From Candidatus Eiseniibacteriota bacterium (GTDB lineage: Bacteria > Eisenbacteria > RBG-16-71-46), in NCBI GenBank assembly GCA_963707915.1, contig OY970178.1, positions 2,656,001 through 2,720,000 of the forward strand: 64,000 nucleotides of DNA, given 5' to 3'. This document shows positions 50,579-61,668 of this stretch, piece after piece (position 1 is the first letter of the stretch; each line of letters opens with the position of its first letter). The notes under the pieces were generated by a model that made no database searches, was not told the origin of the DNA, and saw nothing but the letters and a program-made list of their open reading frames with translations. The position numbers and the translations under genes are program-made.

Positions 50579-53038
50579 CTACGCCCCCGACGTGGGCGCG
50601 CCCGCGGCCCCGCGGCGGGTGGAACGCCGCGCCAGCGCCCAGCCGAGTCCGCCGAGCGCGAGCAGCGCCCAGGCGCCCAGCGCCGCGCGGGTCACGGGCA
50701 CGGCCACGCCCATGCCCGGAGACGCGTAGCGCATCTCGACGCGGTGCCGCCCCGCCGGGACGGGCAGGCCGCGGACCAGCAGGTTCGTGGGTGAGATCGG
50801 GACCGGGCGGCCGTCCACCCACGCGCTCCATCCCGGGTGGTGGCTGTCGGCCACGACGAGGAACGCCCGGTCGGGGGCCGAGGTCTCCAGCTCGAGCCGC
50901 TGCGGGTCGTCGCGGAGCCAGCGGATGGCGCACGCGCGCGAGCCGGGGTACGAGCCGGCGACGGTGCCGTCCCAGGTCACCGCGACCGCGGTGGGGTCGA
51001 AGCCGGGGTGCGCCATCGCCCGGGCGGCGGCGTCCGGGTCGGGCAGGGCCACCACCAGCGGCACGGCGTAGGCGCGGCCGAGCGCACCCGGGAGCGCGTA
51101 GACGTCCTCGTGCGCGTCGCCCGCGACGCGGGTGAACCCGGGCGCGGGCGTGCCGCGGTCGACGTCGATCCAGCTCACGCCCCAGGCCCGCAGCGCGGTC
51201 TGGTAGCGCGTGAGCTGGTTCGCCATCACCGGGCCCCACGCGGCCGGGAACGCGCCGAGGTTGCCGGTCAGGCAGCGCGTCCGCCAGCTCACCCAGAAGT
51301 TGGTGTAGGCCTCGGCGTAGTTGAGCCCCACGTAGCGCGGGTCCACCACCGGCCGCGTGGCCCCGGCGTAGACGCGCTCGCCGCGCGGCCCGGCGACGCG
51401 CGCCAGCGCGGGCGGCGCGGGCGGCTGCACGGCGTGCGCGGGCGCGGTGGCGCGGTACAGGCCGGGCACGCCGACCCAGGCCAGGTCGAGCGCCAGCAGC
51501 GCCAGCAGCGCCGGCCGCGCCCAGCGGCGGGCGGCCCGCGCGGCCGGGAGCAGCGCGAGCGCCAGGGCCACCCACGCGGCCTGCAGCGCGAGGTCGAGCC
51601 CCGCCCAGCGCGCGGCGAGCCGCGCGGCCGCCGGGTCGAGGCCCTCGCGCGTCACGACCGCGAGGTCCGCGTAGGCGCCCGCGAGCGGGAACGCGATCGC
51701 CAGGCCGAGGAGCCCCGCGACCCCGCAGGCGAGGAGCGCCGCGCGCGCGGCCCGCCCGGGCCCGGCCGGCCGCGGCGCCGTGGCGCGCGCGAAGCCCCGG
51801 GCGGCGAGCAGCGCGAGCGCCAGGACCGCGACGAAGACCACGTACGAGGGCGAGCGGAACCTGCTCCAGAACGGCATGTGCTCGTGCAGCAGCCGGAACA
51901 CCGGCCCGAGCCGCGCGCCCAGGGTCAGGGCCAGCGCGGCGGCGAGCACGCCCCACCAGAAGAGCGGCTGCGCCGCCCTCCGCCCGGGCTCGCGCCGCAG
52001 CCCGAGCAGCGCGAGCAGCACCGCGACGGCGCCGAGGTAGGGCGCGTAGGCCGCCACCTGGATGCCGCCCCAGTAGGTCGCGCCGCCGAAGCCCACCGCC
52101 TGCGGCCACACCAACGAGAGCAGGTCGCGCCACGCCAGGCTGTAGCGCGCGACCACCCCGGGCGCCACGCCCGAGGCCGCGCTGGCGCCGCGCGACGAGA
52201 GCCCGCTGTAGAGCAGCGCGGGCCACCAGGTCGCGGTGCCGATGGCCGCGCCCAGCGCCGCCGCGCCGGCCCAGGGCAGCAGCCGCGCCCAGCGCCGCCG
52301 TGACCAGGCCTGCTGCAGCGCGAAGACCACCAGCAGGTCGGCGGTGTAGACCAGCGCCTGCGGGTGCCCGTGCAGCGCCTCGATGCCGAGCGTGATCGCG
52401 AGCCCCGCCGCGCCCGCGACCACCACGCCCGCGCCCTCGCCCGCGACGATCGCCCAGGTGGCGAGCACCGCCACGGGCAGCAGCGCGTTGGTCACGACCT
52501 GGGCGTCGAAGCCGAGGGTCCAGGGGAACAGCAGTGGCGAGGCGAGCAGCCAGACCAGGCCGGCCGCGAGCGCGCTCCAGGGGTCGAGGCGCCACAGCGC
52601 GCAGGCCAGCGTCGCCACCGCGAGCGTGCCGGCCAGCAGCGCGAGCAGCATCCACAACTGGGGCGAGGCGGCCGGCTCGTGCAGGCGCTCGGCCAGGTCG
52701 AGCAGCGGGTCGGGCAGGTACTGCGGCCGCGGGTCGGCGAAGCTGGCCACCGACTCGAAGCCCAGGAAGACGTAGGGGTTCCAGTAGGTGCGCTCGTGTG
52801 CCTCGTGCCAGCGCGCGCGCGAGAACTCCGCGAACGGCCGGAAGAAGGCAGCGTCGCCCTGGGCGAAGCGCTGGCCGAGGAAGAGCTGCGGGAAGAAGAG
52901 CAGCGCCCATGCGAGCGTGAGCGCGAGCGCGGCGGCCGCCCAGGCCCGCGGGGGATGCCGCGGCGGCGGGGGGGCAGGGAGCGGGTCGTGATGCTGCGCC
53001 CGGGCCCCGTGGTCGCGCGTCCGGCGTGTTCGTGCCAT
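50579..53038 (-). CDS. YfhO-family membrane protein
   Basis: [27 protein letters not shown]...[12 protein letters not shown]; many TMs. Confidence 0.82.
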   Translation of the reverse strand: MARTRRTRDHGARAQHHDPLPAPPPPRHPPRAWAAAALALTLAWALLFFPQLFLGQRFAQGDAAFFRPFAEFSRARWHEAHERTYWNPYVFLGFESVASFADPRPQYLPDPLLDLAERLHEPAASPQLWMLLALLAGTLAVATLACALWRLDPWSALAAGLVWLLASPLLFPWTLGFDAQVVTNALLPVAVLATWAIVAGEGAGVVVAGAAGLAITLGIEALHGHPQALVYTADLLVVFALQQAWSRRRWARLLPWAGAAALGAAIGTATWWPALLYSGLSSRGASAASGVAPGVVARYSLAWRDLLSLVWPQAVGFGGATYWGGIQVAAYAPYLGAVAVLLALLGLRREPGRRAAQPLFWWGVLAAALALTLGARLGPVFRLLHEHMPFWSRFRSPSYVVFVAVLALALLAARGFARATAPRPAGPGRAARAALLACGVAGLLGLAIAFPLAGAYADLAVVTREGLDPAAARLAARWAGLDLALQAAWVALALALLPAARAARRWARPALLALLALDLAWVGVPGLYRATAPAHAVQPPAPPALARVAGPRGERVYAGATRPVVDPRYVGLNYAEAYTNFWVSWRTRCLTGNLGAFPAAWGPVMANQLTRYQTALRAWGVSWIDVDRGTPAPGFTRVAGDAHEDVYALPGALGRAYAVPLVVALPDPDAAARAMAHPGFDPTAVAVTWDGTVAGSYPGSRACAIRWLRDDPQRLELETSAPDRAFLVVADSHHPGWSAWVDGRPVPISPTNLLVRGLPVPAGRHRVEMRYASPGMGVAVPVTRAALGAWALLALGGLGWALARRSTRRGAAGAPTSGA

Positions 53039-53338
53039 GTGTCCTCGCCCCCGCTGGGTGTGCCGCTGCTCCTCCGTCCGCCCGCATGGGCGGGTGACTC
53101 GAGGGCCGCAGGTTGCCACGCGGGGCACGCGCTCGCCAAGGGCGAATGCGCCCGGGGCGAGTGCGCCCCCGCGGGCGCCGCGGCGTGGACGCTGACAGCC
53201 GGACCGGATAAGGTGCCGGTTCGTCGTGGCGGCCCCACGGGGCCGTCCCGTCGCGGCGCGCCGCAGCGCGTCCGCGAGCGTCACGGACGCTCCGCGCGGG
53301 ACCCGGGAGGCCGGGTCCGCCGGAGCCGCGGAGGTCGG

Positions 53339-54826
53339 ATGAAGGTCAGCATCACGCGGGACTTCCCGCGCACGTTCTGGACCGCGAACGTGATGGAGCT
53401 GTTCGAGCGTGCGGCGTACTACGGCCTCATGTCCGTGCTGGCCATCTACCTGACCGGCAGCAAGTCGAGCGGCGGGCTGGGGTTCACCGAGTCGGCGGTC
53501 GGCTTCCTGCAGAGCATCGTCTACGCCGCGACCTACATCATCCCGATCCTCGGCGGCGCGCTGGCCGACTGCTACGGCTACCGGCGCATGCTGCTGTTCG
53601 CCTTCTCCCTGCTGGCCACCGGCTACTTCGCGGCGGGGCACATGTCGGCCTACGCGCCCGTGTTCCTGGCGCTGCTGCTGATGGCCACCGGCGCGGGGCT
53701 CTTCAAGCCCATCATCTCCGGGACCATCGCGCGCACCACCGACGAGCGCACGTCGGCCATCGGCTTCGGCATCTACTACTGGATGATCAACCTGGGCGCG
53801 TTCCTGGCGCCGCTGGTGGTGAGCATCCTGAAGGGCTTCTCCTGGCAGGCGGTGTTCACCGCCTCGGCGGCCTACACCGCCGCCATGCTGATCCCGGCCA
53901 TCTTCTTCTTCCGCGACCCGCCGCTGCCCGAGAACCGCAAGACCTTCAAGGAGATCCTGGGCGGGGCGGCCGAGGTGCTGAGCGACTCGCGCTTCGTGCT
54001 GATGATCGTCGTCTACTCCGGCTTCTGGGTGCTCTACTTCCAGAACTTCGGCTCGGTGCTCTGGTACCTGCGGGACTTCGTGGACCGGGAGCCGGTCAGC
54101 CGGGTGGTCACGGCGTGGTTCGCGGCGGCCGGCCTGCCCTGGAAGTTCGTCTTCGACGCCGAGCATGTCACCGTCATCAACGCCGGCATGATCATCCTGC
54201 TCCAGGTGCTGGTCAGCCGCATCGTGCGCGACCGGCCGGCGCTGCCCACGATGGTGGCGGGCATGGTGCTCGGCGGCCTGGGGTTCGTCTGCCTCGCCAT
54301 CTCGCAGAGCCCGTGGATCCTGATCCTCGGCATCGCGATCTTCTCGATCGGCGAGATGACGGCCCACCCCAAGTACTACTCGTTCGTCGGGCTGGTCGCG
54401 CCGCAGGACCGCAAGGCCGTCTACATGGGCTACTCGTTCCTCTACGGGATCCTGGGCTCGCTGCTGGGCTCCAACATCGGCGCCTTCATGTACGAGCGCA
54501 TCCTCAAGCCGGCGATCGGCATGCCCGAGGCCGGCGCGCGCGCCCGCCTGTTCTGGCTGATCTTCGCCGCCCTCGACGTGGTCGCGATGTTCGGTCTCGT
54601 CGCGTTCAACCGCGCCTTCGGCCGGGACACGCCCGAGACGCGGCGCGGCGCGACGAAGGTGATGGTCGGGGTCTACGCCGGCATCCTGCTGCTGGGCGTG
54701 ATGTTCCTGGTCTACGCCTTCGGCTCGCGGCCGCCGCAGTACCGGACCGCGGTGCAGTCGGTCATCTTCCTGGCGCTGGGCGGCGGTGGGTTGGTGATGA
54801 ATCGCAGGAGGAAGGCGGCGGCGTGA
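53339..54826 (+). CDS. MFS transporter (POT/PTR-like)
   Basis: ELFERAAYYG, GLFKPIISG, YWMINLGA, GEM. Confidence 0.88.
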   Translation: MKVSITRDFPRTFWTANVMELFERAAYYGLMSVLAIYLTGSKSSGGLGFTESAVGFLQSIVYAATYIIPILGGALADCYGYRRMLLFAFSLLATGYFAAGHMSAYAPVFLALLLMATGAGLFKPIISGTIARTTDERTSAIGFGIYYWMINLGAFLAPLVVSILKGFSWQAVFTASAAYTAAMLIPAIFFFRDPPLPENRKTFKEILGGAAEVLSDSRFVLMIVVYSGFWVLYFQNFGSVLWYLRDFVDREPVSRVVTAWFAAAGLPWKFVFDAEHVTVINAGMIILLQVLVSRIVRDRPALPTMVAGMVLGGLGFVCLAISQSPWILILGIAIFSIGEMTAHPKYYSFVGLVAPQDRKAVYMGYSFLYGILGSLLGSNIGAFMYERILKPAIGMPEAGARARLFWLIFAALDVVAMFGLVAFNRAFGRDTPETRRGATKVMVGVYAGILLLGVMFLVYAFGSRPPQYRTAVQSVIFLALGGGGLVMNRRRKAAA

Positions 54827-55089
54827 TCGAGGTCCGACCCGGGACGGCGGCCGAGGAGGCCGCCGTCCCGGGGCGGACGGCCTGCGCGGCGCTGGGCGAG
54901 ACGGTGGTCGTGGTGCTGGGCCACCCGCGCTACGACCCGCGCTTCGGCTTCGTGCCGGCCGCGACGAAGGGGCTGCGTTGCGGGTATCCTGTGCCCGACG
55001 ACGTCTTCATGGTCACCGAGCTGGTCCCGGGCGGCCTCGCCGGGCGCACCGGCCTGGTGCGGTATCGCCCGGAGTTCGCGCGGGCCTGA
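54823..55089 (+). pseudogene. Internally deleted YhbS-like GNAT acetyltransferase remnant
   Basis: IEVRPGTAAEEAAV N-terminus joined almost directly to VVVVLGHPRYDPRFGF...FM..EL...G.VRY..EF; acetyl-CoA motif A missing; 88 aa. Confidence 0.65.
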
Positions 55090-55118
55090 GCGGCGCGGCC
55101 CCGGGCGGGAGAGGGACG

Positions 55119-55931
55119 ATGGACCGACACGACACCATGACGCGCCTGTTTGGCGCGCGCCGCGCGCTGATCGGCATGATCCACGTGGGCGCGTTGCCGG
55201 GCACGCCGCTGGCCGGAGCGCCGCTCGAGCGCGTGGTCGAGACCGCGGTCGCCGAGGCGCGGGCCTACCGCGACTGCGGCTACACCGCGCTGATGATCGA
55301 GAACATGCACGACCGGCCCTACCTCAAGGGTGCGGTTGGTCCCGAGATCGTGGCGGCGATGACGGCGGTGGGACGCGAGGTCCGCCGCGAGGCGGCGCTG
55401 CCGCTGGGCGTGCAGGTGCTGGCGGGGGCCAACCGCGAGGCCGTCGCCGTGGCGCTGTCGTGCGGCGCGACGTTCGTGCGGGCCGAGGGCCTGGTCTTCG
55501 CGCACGTCGCCGACGAGGGCCTGATCGAGGCGTCCGCCGGCGAGTTGATGCGTTACCGGCGCTCGCTGGGCGCCGAGCCGGTGCGCGTCTTCGCCGACGT
55601 CAAGAAGAAACACTCCGCGCACGCGCTCACCGCCGACGTGGACATCGTCGAGACCGCCCGGGCGGCGGAGTTCTTCCTCGCCGACGGCGTGGTCGTGACC
55701 GGGCCGGTCACCGCGCGCGCGGCCGACACGGCCGAGGTCGAGGCGGTGGCGGCCGGCGTGGGCATCCCGACCTTCGTGGGCTCCGGGCTCACGCCGGCCA
55801 ACCTCGCGGCCTACCCGTTGGCCGACGGCTTGATCGTGGGCTCCTTCGTCAAGCGGGACGGGCTCTGGTCGAACCCGCTCGACGGCGAGCGCGCCCAGGC
55901 GGTGGCCGCCGCGTTCCACGCGCTCCGGTGA
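55119..55931 (+). CDS. BtpA/SgcQ family TIM-barrel protein
   Basis: IGMIHVGALPGTP, IENMHDRPY, ADVKKKHS, ADGVVVTG, VGSG, IVGS..K..G. Confidence 0.92.
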   Translation: MDRHDTMTRLFGARRALIGMIHVGALPGTPLAGAPLERVVETAVAEARAYRDCGYTALMIENMHDRPYLKGAVGPEIVAAMTAVGREVRREAALPLGVQVLAGANREAVAVALSCGATFVRAEGLVFAHVADEGLIEASAGELMRYRRSLGAEPVRVFADVKKKHSAHALTADVDIVETARAAEFFLADGVVVTGPVTARAADTAEVEAVAAGVGIPTFVGSGLTPANLAAYPLADGLIVGSFVKRDGLWSNPLDGERAQAVAAAFHALR

Positions 55932-56842
55932 GCGCCGACCTCGTCTGCCTCGGCAACCTGGTCGTGGACGACGTCGTGTTCCTCGACGGCGCGACGCGCA
56001 TGGGCGAGCCGGGCGGGGCGATGCTCTACGCGGCGCTGGGCGCGGTGGTGTGGGAGACGGAGGTGGCGGTGGTGGCGCCGCTGGGCGACGATTACCCGGC
56101 CCGCGCGCTGCACGCACTCGAGCACCGCGGCGTGGACCTCGGCGGACTGCGCCCGCTTGGACGCCCGGGGCTGCGCGCGTGGCTGCTCTACGAGCCGCAG
56201 GCGCGCCGCATCGTGCACCGGCTGGGCTCGGCGAACCACGTGGAGGCCTCGCCCGCGCCGGGCGACGTCGAGGACCGCTACGCCGGCGCGCGCGCCTTCC
56301 ACCTCTCGCCCACCCCGCTGGTCTGCCAGCGGCCGCTGATCGAGACGCTCGCGTCGCGCGCGGGGGCGCTGCTCTCGCTCGACCCGCACGACCCGGTGCG
56401 CGAGGACAGCCTCGGGCGCTGGCGCGAGGCGCTGGCGCTGCTGGACGTGTTCTTCGTGAGCGAGGAGGAGCTGCAGTTGGACGGCGTGGCGGCCGACCCG
56501 CGGGGCGCGATGGCGCGGCTCGCCGGCGGGCGGCTGCGCCACGTGCTGCTGAAGCGCGGCGCGACCGGCGGGCTGCTGTACGATGCCCACACGCAGGAGA
56601 CGCGCGCCTGGGAGGCGCGCGCGACCCGGGTGGTGGACCCGACCGGTGCCGGCGACGCGTTCGCGGGCGGGTTCCTCTCGGCGCTGCTCGCGGGCGAGGA
56701 CGCGGCGGGCGCGCTCGAACGGGGCGTGGTGTCGGCGTCGTTCGCGATCGAGACGTGGGGGGCCGCGGGGCTGATCGCGGCCACGGCGGCGGACGCCCGG
56801 CGGCGCCGCGCGGAGTGGTACGGCACGAAGGGGGAGGCATGA
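55928..56842 (+). CDS. PfkB-family carbohydrate/nucleoside kinase
   Basis: PGGAMLYAA, VVDPTGAGDAFAGG; GTGA/ATGA overlaps with both neighbours. Confidence 0.9.
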   Translation: MSADLVCLGNLVVDDVVFLDGATRMGEPGGAMLYAALGAVVWETEVAVVAPLGDDYPARALHALEHRGVDLGGLRPLGRPGLRAWLLYEPQARRIVHRLGSANHVEASPAPGDVEDRYAGARAFHLSPTPLVCQRPLIETLASRAGALLSLDPHDPVREDSLGRWREALALLDVFFVSEEELQLDGVAADPRGAMARLAGGRLRHVLLKRGATGGLLYDAHTQETRAWEARATRVVDPTGAGDAFAGGFLSALLAGEDAAGALERGVVSASFAIETWGAAGLIAATAADARRRRAEWYGTKGEA

Positions 56843-57753
56843 ACGATCGGCTCACGCTCTCGGACGAGGTCGCGCAGGCGCTGCGCCGCCTCCGGCCGGT
56901 GGTCGCGCTCGAGACCACGCTGGTCACGCACGGCCTGCCGCACCCGCAGGGGCTCGAAGCCGCGCTGGAGCTGGAGGACGTGGTGCGCGCGGGCGGTGCG
57001 GTGCCGGCCACCATCGGTATCCTCGACGGCACGGTACGCGTGGGGCTGGCGCGCGCGGAGCTGGAGCGCCTCGCCACGACGCCGGGGGTGGCCAAGGTGA
57101 ACCCCGGCAACCTCGCGGCGGTGGTCGCCGCGGGCGCGCTCGGCTCGACCACCGTGGCCGCCACGATGTTCGTCGCGGCCGAGGCCGGGATCCGCGTGTT
57201 CGCGACCGGGGGCATTGGCGGCGTGCACCGCGACGCCTCGACGAGCGGCGACGTCTCGGCCGACCTCGTCGCGCTGGGACGCTTCCCGGTGGCGGTGGTG
57301 TGCGCGGGCGCCAAGGCGATCCTCGACCTGCCGCGCACGGTCGAGATGCTCGAGACGCTGGGCGTGCCGGTGCTGGGCTTCGGCACCGACGAGTTCCCGG
57401 CCTTCTACCGGCGCGGCAGCGGCCAGCGCGTGGACCGGCGCTGCGACACGGTGGACGAGCTGGCGGGGGTGGCGCGCGCGCACTGGGAGCTGGGCCTGGG
57501 CACCGGCGTGCTGGTCGGCAACCCCATCCCCGAGGCCGACGAGCTGCCGCGCGAGGCCTACGAGCGCGCGCTCGAGGGCGCGCTGGCCGAGGCCGCGCAG
57601 CGTGGCGTGCACGGCCGCGAGGTGACGCCGTTCCTGCTCGACCGCCTGCGCGAGCTGAGCGGCGGCGCGACGGTGAAGGCGAACCTCGCCCTGCTGCGCG
57701 ACAACGCGCGCGTGGCCGCCGGGCTGGCCCGGGCGCTGGCGCGCGAGGGGTGA
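56839..57753 (+). CDS. psuG: Pseudouridine-5'-phosphate glycosidase
   Basis: VALETTLVTHGLP, STTVAATM, FATGGIGGVHR, DVSADL, GAKAILD, VTPFLL. Confidence 0.95.
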   Translation: MNDRLTLSDEVAQALRRLRPVVALETTLVTHGLPHPQGLEAALELEDVVRAGGAVPATIGILDGTVRVGLARAELERLATTPGVAKVNPGNLAAVVAAGALGSTTVAATMFVAAEAGIRVFATGGIGGVHRDASTSGDVSADLVALGRFPVAVVCAGAKAILDLPRTVEMLETLGVPVLGFGTDEFPAFYRRGSGQRVDRRCDTVDELAGVARAHWELGLGTGVLVGNPIPEADELPREAYERALEGALAEAAQRGVHGREVTPFLLDRLRELSGGATVKANLALLRDNARVAAGLARALAREG

Positions 57754-57783
57754 GCGCCGCCCGCGCCCGCAGCGGGCGTTGAC

Positions 57784-58639
57784 GTGGCCCTCGCGCCCGC
57801 CCTGCACGTCGCGCTGCGCTACCTCGGCGCCGCCGCGGCCGCGACCGCGGTGCAGCTCGGGCTGCTGCTCGGGCCGGGGCTCCTGCTCGCCGCGCTGATG
57901 CACGCGCTCTCGGCGTTCCTCGAGCGCCGCACCGGGCGGCTGATGGGGCGCGCGGCCTACATGATCGTTCGGCTGGCTCGGGACCGTGGTGCACGAGAGC
58001 GGACACGCCGTGCTCTGCCTGGTGTTCGGGCACCACATCACCGGCGTCAAGCTGTTCGACTTCGCCCCGACCGACGGCACGCGCGGCCACGTGAAGCACA
58101 CCTTCGACCCCGCGAACCCGTGGCAGCAGGTCGGCAACTTCTTCATCGGCATCGCGCCGATCCTGTCCGGCACGCTGGCGATCGTGCTGGCGGCGCGCTG
58201 GTTGCTGGGCGCCGAGGCGCTGGCGCGGCTGGCGGAGCCGCTGCCTGGCGACGGGCCGTTGCGCTCCGCGGGCGACTGGCTGGGGCTGGCGTGGCACGTC
58301 GCGTACGGCGCCGGGGCGGCGCTCGCGGCCCTGTTCGAGCCGCAGCGGCTGATGGGCTGGCGTCCGTGGCTGCTGCTCTACCTGACGCTCGCGGTCGGCA
58401 GCTCGATCTCGCTGAGCGGCTCCGATCTCAAGGGCGCGCTCGCGGGCTTCGCCACGCTGGTGCTGCTGGTGCTGGTCGCCAACCTCGCCACCCTCTGGCT
58501 GGGCGACGTACTCGGCTCCGGTGCGGCCTGGCTCGCGCGCTGGCAGGCGGTCGGCTACGCCGCGATGCTGTTCGCGCTGGCGGTGAACGGGATCCTGGCG
58601 CTGGTCGTGGCGCTGATCCCCGCTCGTCGCGCCGCCTGA
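57784..58639 (+). CDS. M50-like membrane metalloprotease (HExGH); apparent frameshift at ~57967
   Basis: FGWLGTVVHESGH...GHV.H...IGIAP...SGSD when the two frames are joined. Confidence 0.7.
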
Positions 58640-58777
58640 GGGCCGCGCTCGCGTCCGCTTCGGCCGCGCCGGTGGGATTCCGCGCGCGATCGGGCGGCCC
58701 TTCACAACTCCCTGCGCTCCCCGAGTGTCTCATCGGGCGTCGATCCCATCCGTTCAACGCTCCCCGGGGGTGAAGCC

Positions 58778-61429
58778 ATGCGTCGCGTCCTGTTCCTGAC
58801 GTTCTTGCTCCTGCTGGGCCTGCCCGGCGCCGCCTTCGCCGGCATCCGGCCCAACACCGGCGACTCGCTGCCGCCCATCCACGCCGTGCGGCTCACCGCG
58901 CCGGTGACCATCGACGGCGCGCTGACCGAGCCCGACTGGCAGCGCGCGCCCGCCTCGAACCAGCTCGTGCAGGGCGATCCCATCGAGGGCATCGCGGCCA
59001 GCGAGAGCACCTGGGTGTGGCTGGCCTTCGACGAGCAGGCGCTCTACGTGGCCGCGCGGATGTGGGACTCGCGTCCCGACTCGATCATCGCGAACCTGGT
59101 GCGGCGCGACGGGCTGGTGCCCTCGGATCGTTTCCTGATCCTGCTCGACCCCTACCACGACCACCGCGGCGGCTACTACTTCAGCGTCAATGCCGCAGGC
59201 GTGCTGCGCGACGGCACGCTGGAGAACGACGTCTGGAACAACGAGGCCTGGGACGGCGTCTGGGAGGGACGCGCGCGGCGTGACGCGCAGGGCTGGACCT
59301 GCGAGCTGCGCGTCCCGTTCTCGCAGCTGCGCTACCGCGCGGGGGCGGAGCAGGTCTGGGGCGTGAACCTGCGGCGCCGCATCGAGCGGCGCAGCGAGGA
59401 GGACTACACGGTCTACTCGCCGAAGAACGGCAGCGGCTACGTCTCGCGCTTCGCACACCTGGTGGGGCTCGAGCCCGGGACGCGCTCGCGCTCGCTCGAG
59501 CTGGTGCCCTATTCGACCGGGAAGGCGGAGTACCTGGCGCACGCCGCCGGCGACCCGTTCCGCGACGGCGGCCGCTACACGCCCACGGCGGGCGTCGACC
59601 TGCGCACCGGCGTCGGCAACAACCTGACGCTCAACGCCACCGTGAACCCGGACTTCGGCCAGGTCGAGGTGGACCCGGCGGTGGTGAACCTCTCCGACGT
59701 CGAGTCCTACTTCAGCGAGAAGCGCCCGTTCTTCACCGAGAACTCCAGCATCTTCTCGAACTTCGGCCAGGAGGGCGCCTCGAGCTATTGGAACTTCAAC
59801 TGGTCCAACCCGTCGTTCTTCTACACCCGCCGCATCGGCCGCGGCCCGCAGGGCCCGGTGCCCGCCGGCGCGGAGTTCAGCGACGTGCCGATGGCGACGC
59901 ACATCCTCGGCGCGGCGAAACTGACCGGGAAGCTGGCGCCGGAGCTGAGCTTCGGCATGATGAACGCCGTCACCTCGCGCGAGGACGCGCGCTACGCGCG
60001 GGGCGGGCTCGAGTCGCGGGCGCAGGTCGAGCCGCTCACCTACTACGGGGTCACGCGCGGGCTCAAGGAGTTCAAGGGTGGCGCGAACGGCCTGGGCGCG
60101 ATGCTCACGCTGGCGCAGCGCCGCCTCGACGACGGCGGCCTCGCGGACCGGCTGAACCGCCAGTCGTTCGCGGGCGGCCTCGACGGCTGGCACTTCCTCG
60201 ACAAGGACCGCGTGTGGGTGCTCTCGGGCTGGGCGGCGCTGACGCGGGTGGCGGGCACCCCGGCACGGATGATCGCGGTGCAGCGCAACTCGCAGCACTA
60301 CCTGCAGCGGCCGGACGTGGACTACCTCGGCGTGGACAGCAACGCCACCTCGCTCACGGGCTGGGGCGGGCGGCTGGTGCTGAACAAGGAGAAGGGCAAC
60401 GTGATCTCCAACGCCTCGATCGGCGCGCTGAGCCCGAAGTTCGACGTGGCCGACGTCGGGTTCCTCTCCCGCACCGATGTGATCAACACGCACGCCGGCC
60501 TGGGCTACAAGTGGACGAAGCCCAACGGCTGGCGCCGGTACGCCGACGTGCTCGGTTCCGTGTTCCAGACCTACGACTTCGGCGGGGTCATCGTCTGCCA
60601 GGGCGCCTGGGGCAACGGCGAGGCCACCTTCGCCAACAACTGGTACGCGAGCCTGAGCGGCGCCTGGAACCCGCCCATGACGCTCGACCGGTGGTCGCGC
60701 GGCGGTCCGCGGATGCGCACCCCGCACCAGTTCGAATCGAACTTCTTCCTCAACACCGACAGCAGGAACCGGTTCTACTACGAGCTGGGCGCCTACGCCA
60801 GCGGCTCCTCCGACGGCGGCTCGCAGAGCGCGTCGCTCAACCCGTACGTGGTGTGGAAGCCGGCCTCGAACTTCACGCTCTCGGCCGGGCCGGGCTACGA
60901 CCACGCCATCGCGGATGCCCAGTTCGTGGCGCAGGTCGCGGCGCCGGGCGAGGTGCCCGAGGGGTTCGGCGGGCTGCGCTACGTCTTCGCGCGGCTCGAC
61001 CAGCGGACGGTGTCGGCGAACCTCCGCCTCGACCTGTCGTTCACGCCGAATCTCTCGCTGCAGGCCTACCTGCAGCCGCTCATCTCGGCGGGCGCCTACG
61101 GCGACTTCAAGGAGCTGGCGCGGGCCGCCTCGTACGAGTTCATCCACTACGGCGCCGCCTACGATCCCGCGACCGGCACCGTGTCGCCCGCCGGCGGCAC
61201 GCCGTTCGGGCTGAGCGACCCGTCGTTCAACGTCAAGTCGCTCCGCGGGAACGCGGTGCTGCGCTGGGAGTACCGGCCGGGCTCGGTGCTGTACGTGGTG
61301 TGGACGCAGGAGCGCAGCGACTACGAGCCCGACGGCGGGCTGCGCTTCGGCCCGTCCACGCGGCGGCTGTTCGACGCGCAGGCGAACGACATCTTCATGG
61401 TGAAGGCCACCTACCACCTGAACCTGTAG
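58778..61429 (+). CDS. DUF5916 / CBM9-like outer-membrane protein
   Basis: IDGALTEPDW, GWTCELRVPFSQLRY, NPDFGQVEVD, EKRPFFTE, FYTRRIGR. Confidence 0.88.
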   Translation: MRRVLFLTFLLLLGLPGAAFAGIRPNTGDSLPPIHAVRLTAPVTIDGALTEPDWQRAPASNQLVQGDPIEGIAASESTWVWLAFDEQALYVAARMWDSRPDSIIANLVRRDGLVPSDRFLILLDPYHDHRGGYYFSVNAAGVLRDGTLENDVWNNEAWDGVWEGRARRDAQGWTCELRVPFSQLRYRAGAEQVWGVNLRRRIERRSEEDYTVYSPKNGSGYVSRFAHLVGLEPGTRSRSLELVPYSTGKAEYLAHAAGDPFRDGGRYTPTAGVDLRTGVGNNLTLNATVNPDFGQVEVDPAVVNLSDVESYFSEKRPFFTENSSIFSNFGQEGASSYWNFNWSNPSFFYTRRIGRGPQGPVPAGAEFSDVPMATHILGAAKLTGKLAPELSFGMMNAVTSREDARYARGGLESRAQVEPLTYYGVTRGLKEFKGGANGLGAMLTLAQRRLDDGGLADRLNRQSFAGGLDGWHFLDKDRVWVLSGWAALTRVAGTPARMIAVQRNSQHYLQRPDVDYLGVDSNATSLTGWGGRLVLNKEKGNVISNASIGALSPKFDVADVGFLSRTDVINTHAGLGYKWTKPNGWRRYADVLGSVFQTYDFGGVIVCQGAWGNGEATFANNWYASLSGAWNPPMTLDRWSRGGPRMRTPHQFESNFFLNTDSRNRFYYELGAYASGSSDGGSQSASLNPYVVWKPASNFTLSAGPGYDHAIADAQFVAQVAAPGEVPEGFGGLRYVFARLDQRTVSANLRLDLSFTPNLSLQAYLQPLISAGAYGDFKELARAASYEFIHYGAAYDPATGTVSPAGGTPFGLSDPSFNVKSLRGNAVLRWEYRPGSVLYVVWTQERSDYEPDGGLRFGPSTRRLFDAQANDIFMVKATYHLNL

Positions 61430-61668
61430 GCCCCGCCCCGGGGGCGGCAGCGGAGCCCGGCCGCCGGGGGGCGATGTCTTCCCGGCGCCCCGGCCGTTCG
61501 GAGCCCGGCGTGCCCGCCGCGCTCGTCCCCCGGGAGGCCGGGTTCGTCGGCCGCTTCCGGCGGTGGGCGGAGTCCCGGGCGCCGGGAGCCCGGCGTTTCG
61601 CCTATCCTCTGGTCCGGTCGCGGCCCGCGGGGAGCGACGGCCATCGTCCCGTTCGAGGATCCTTCGAC

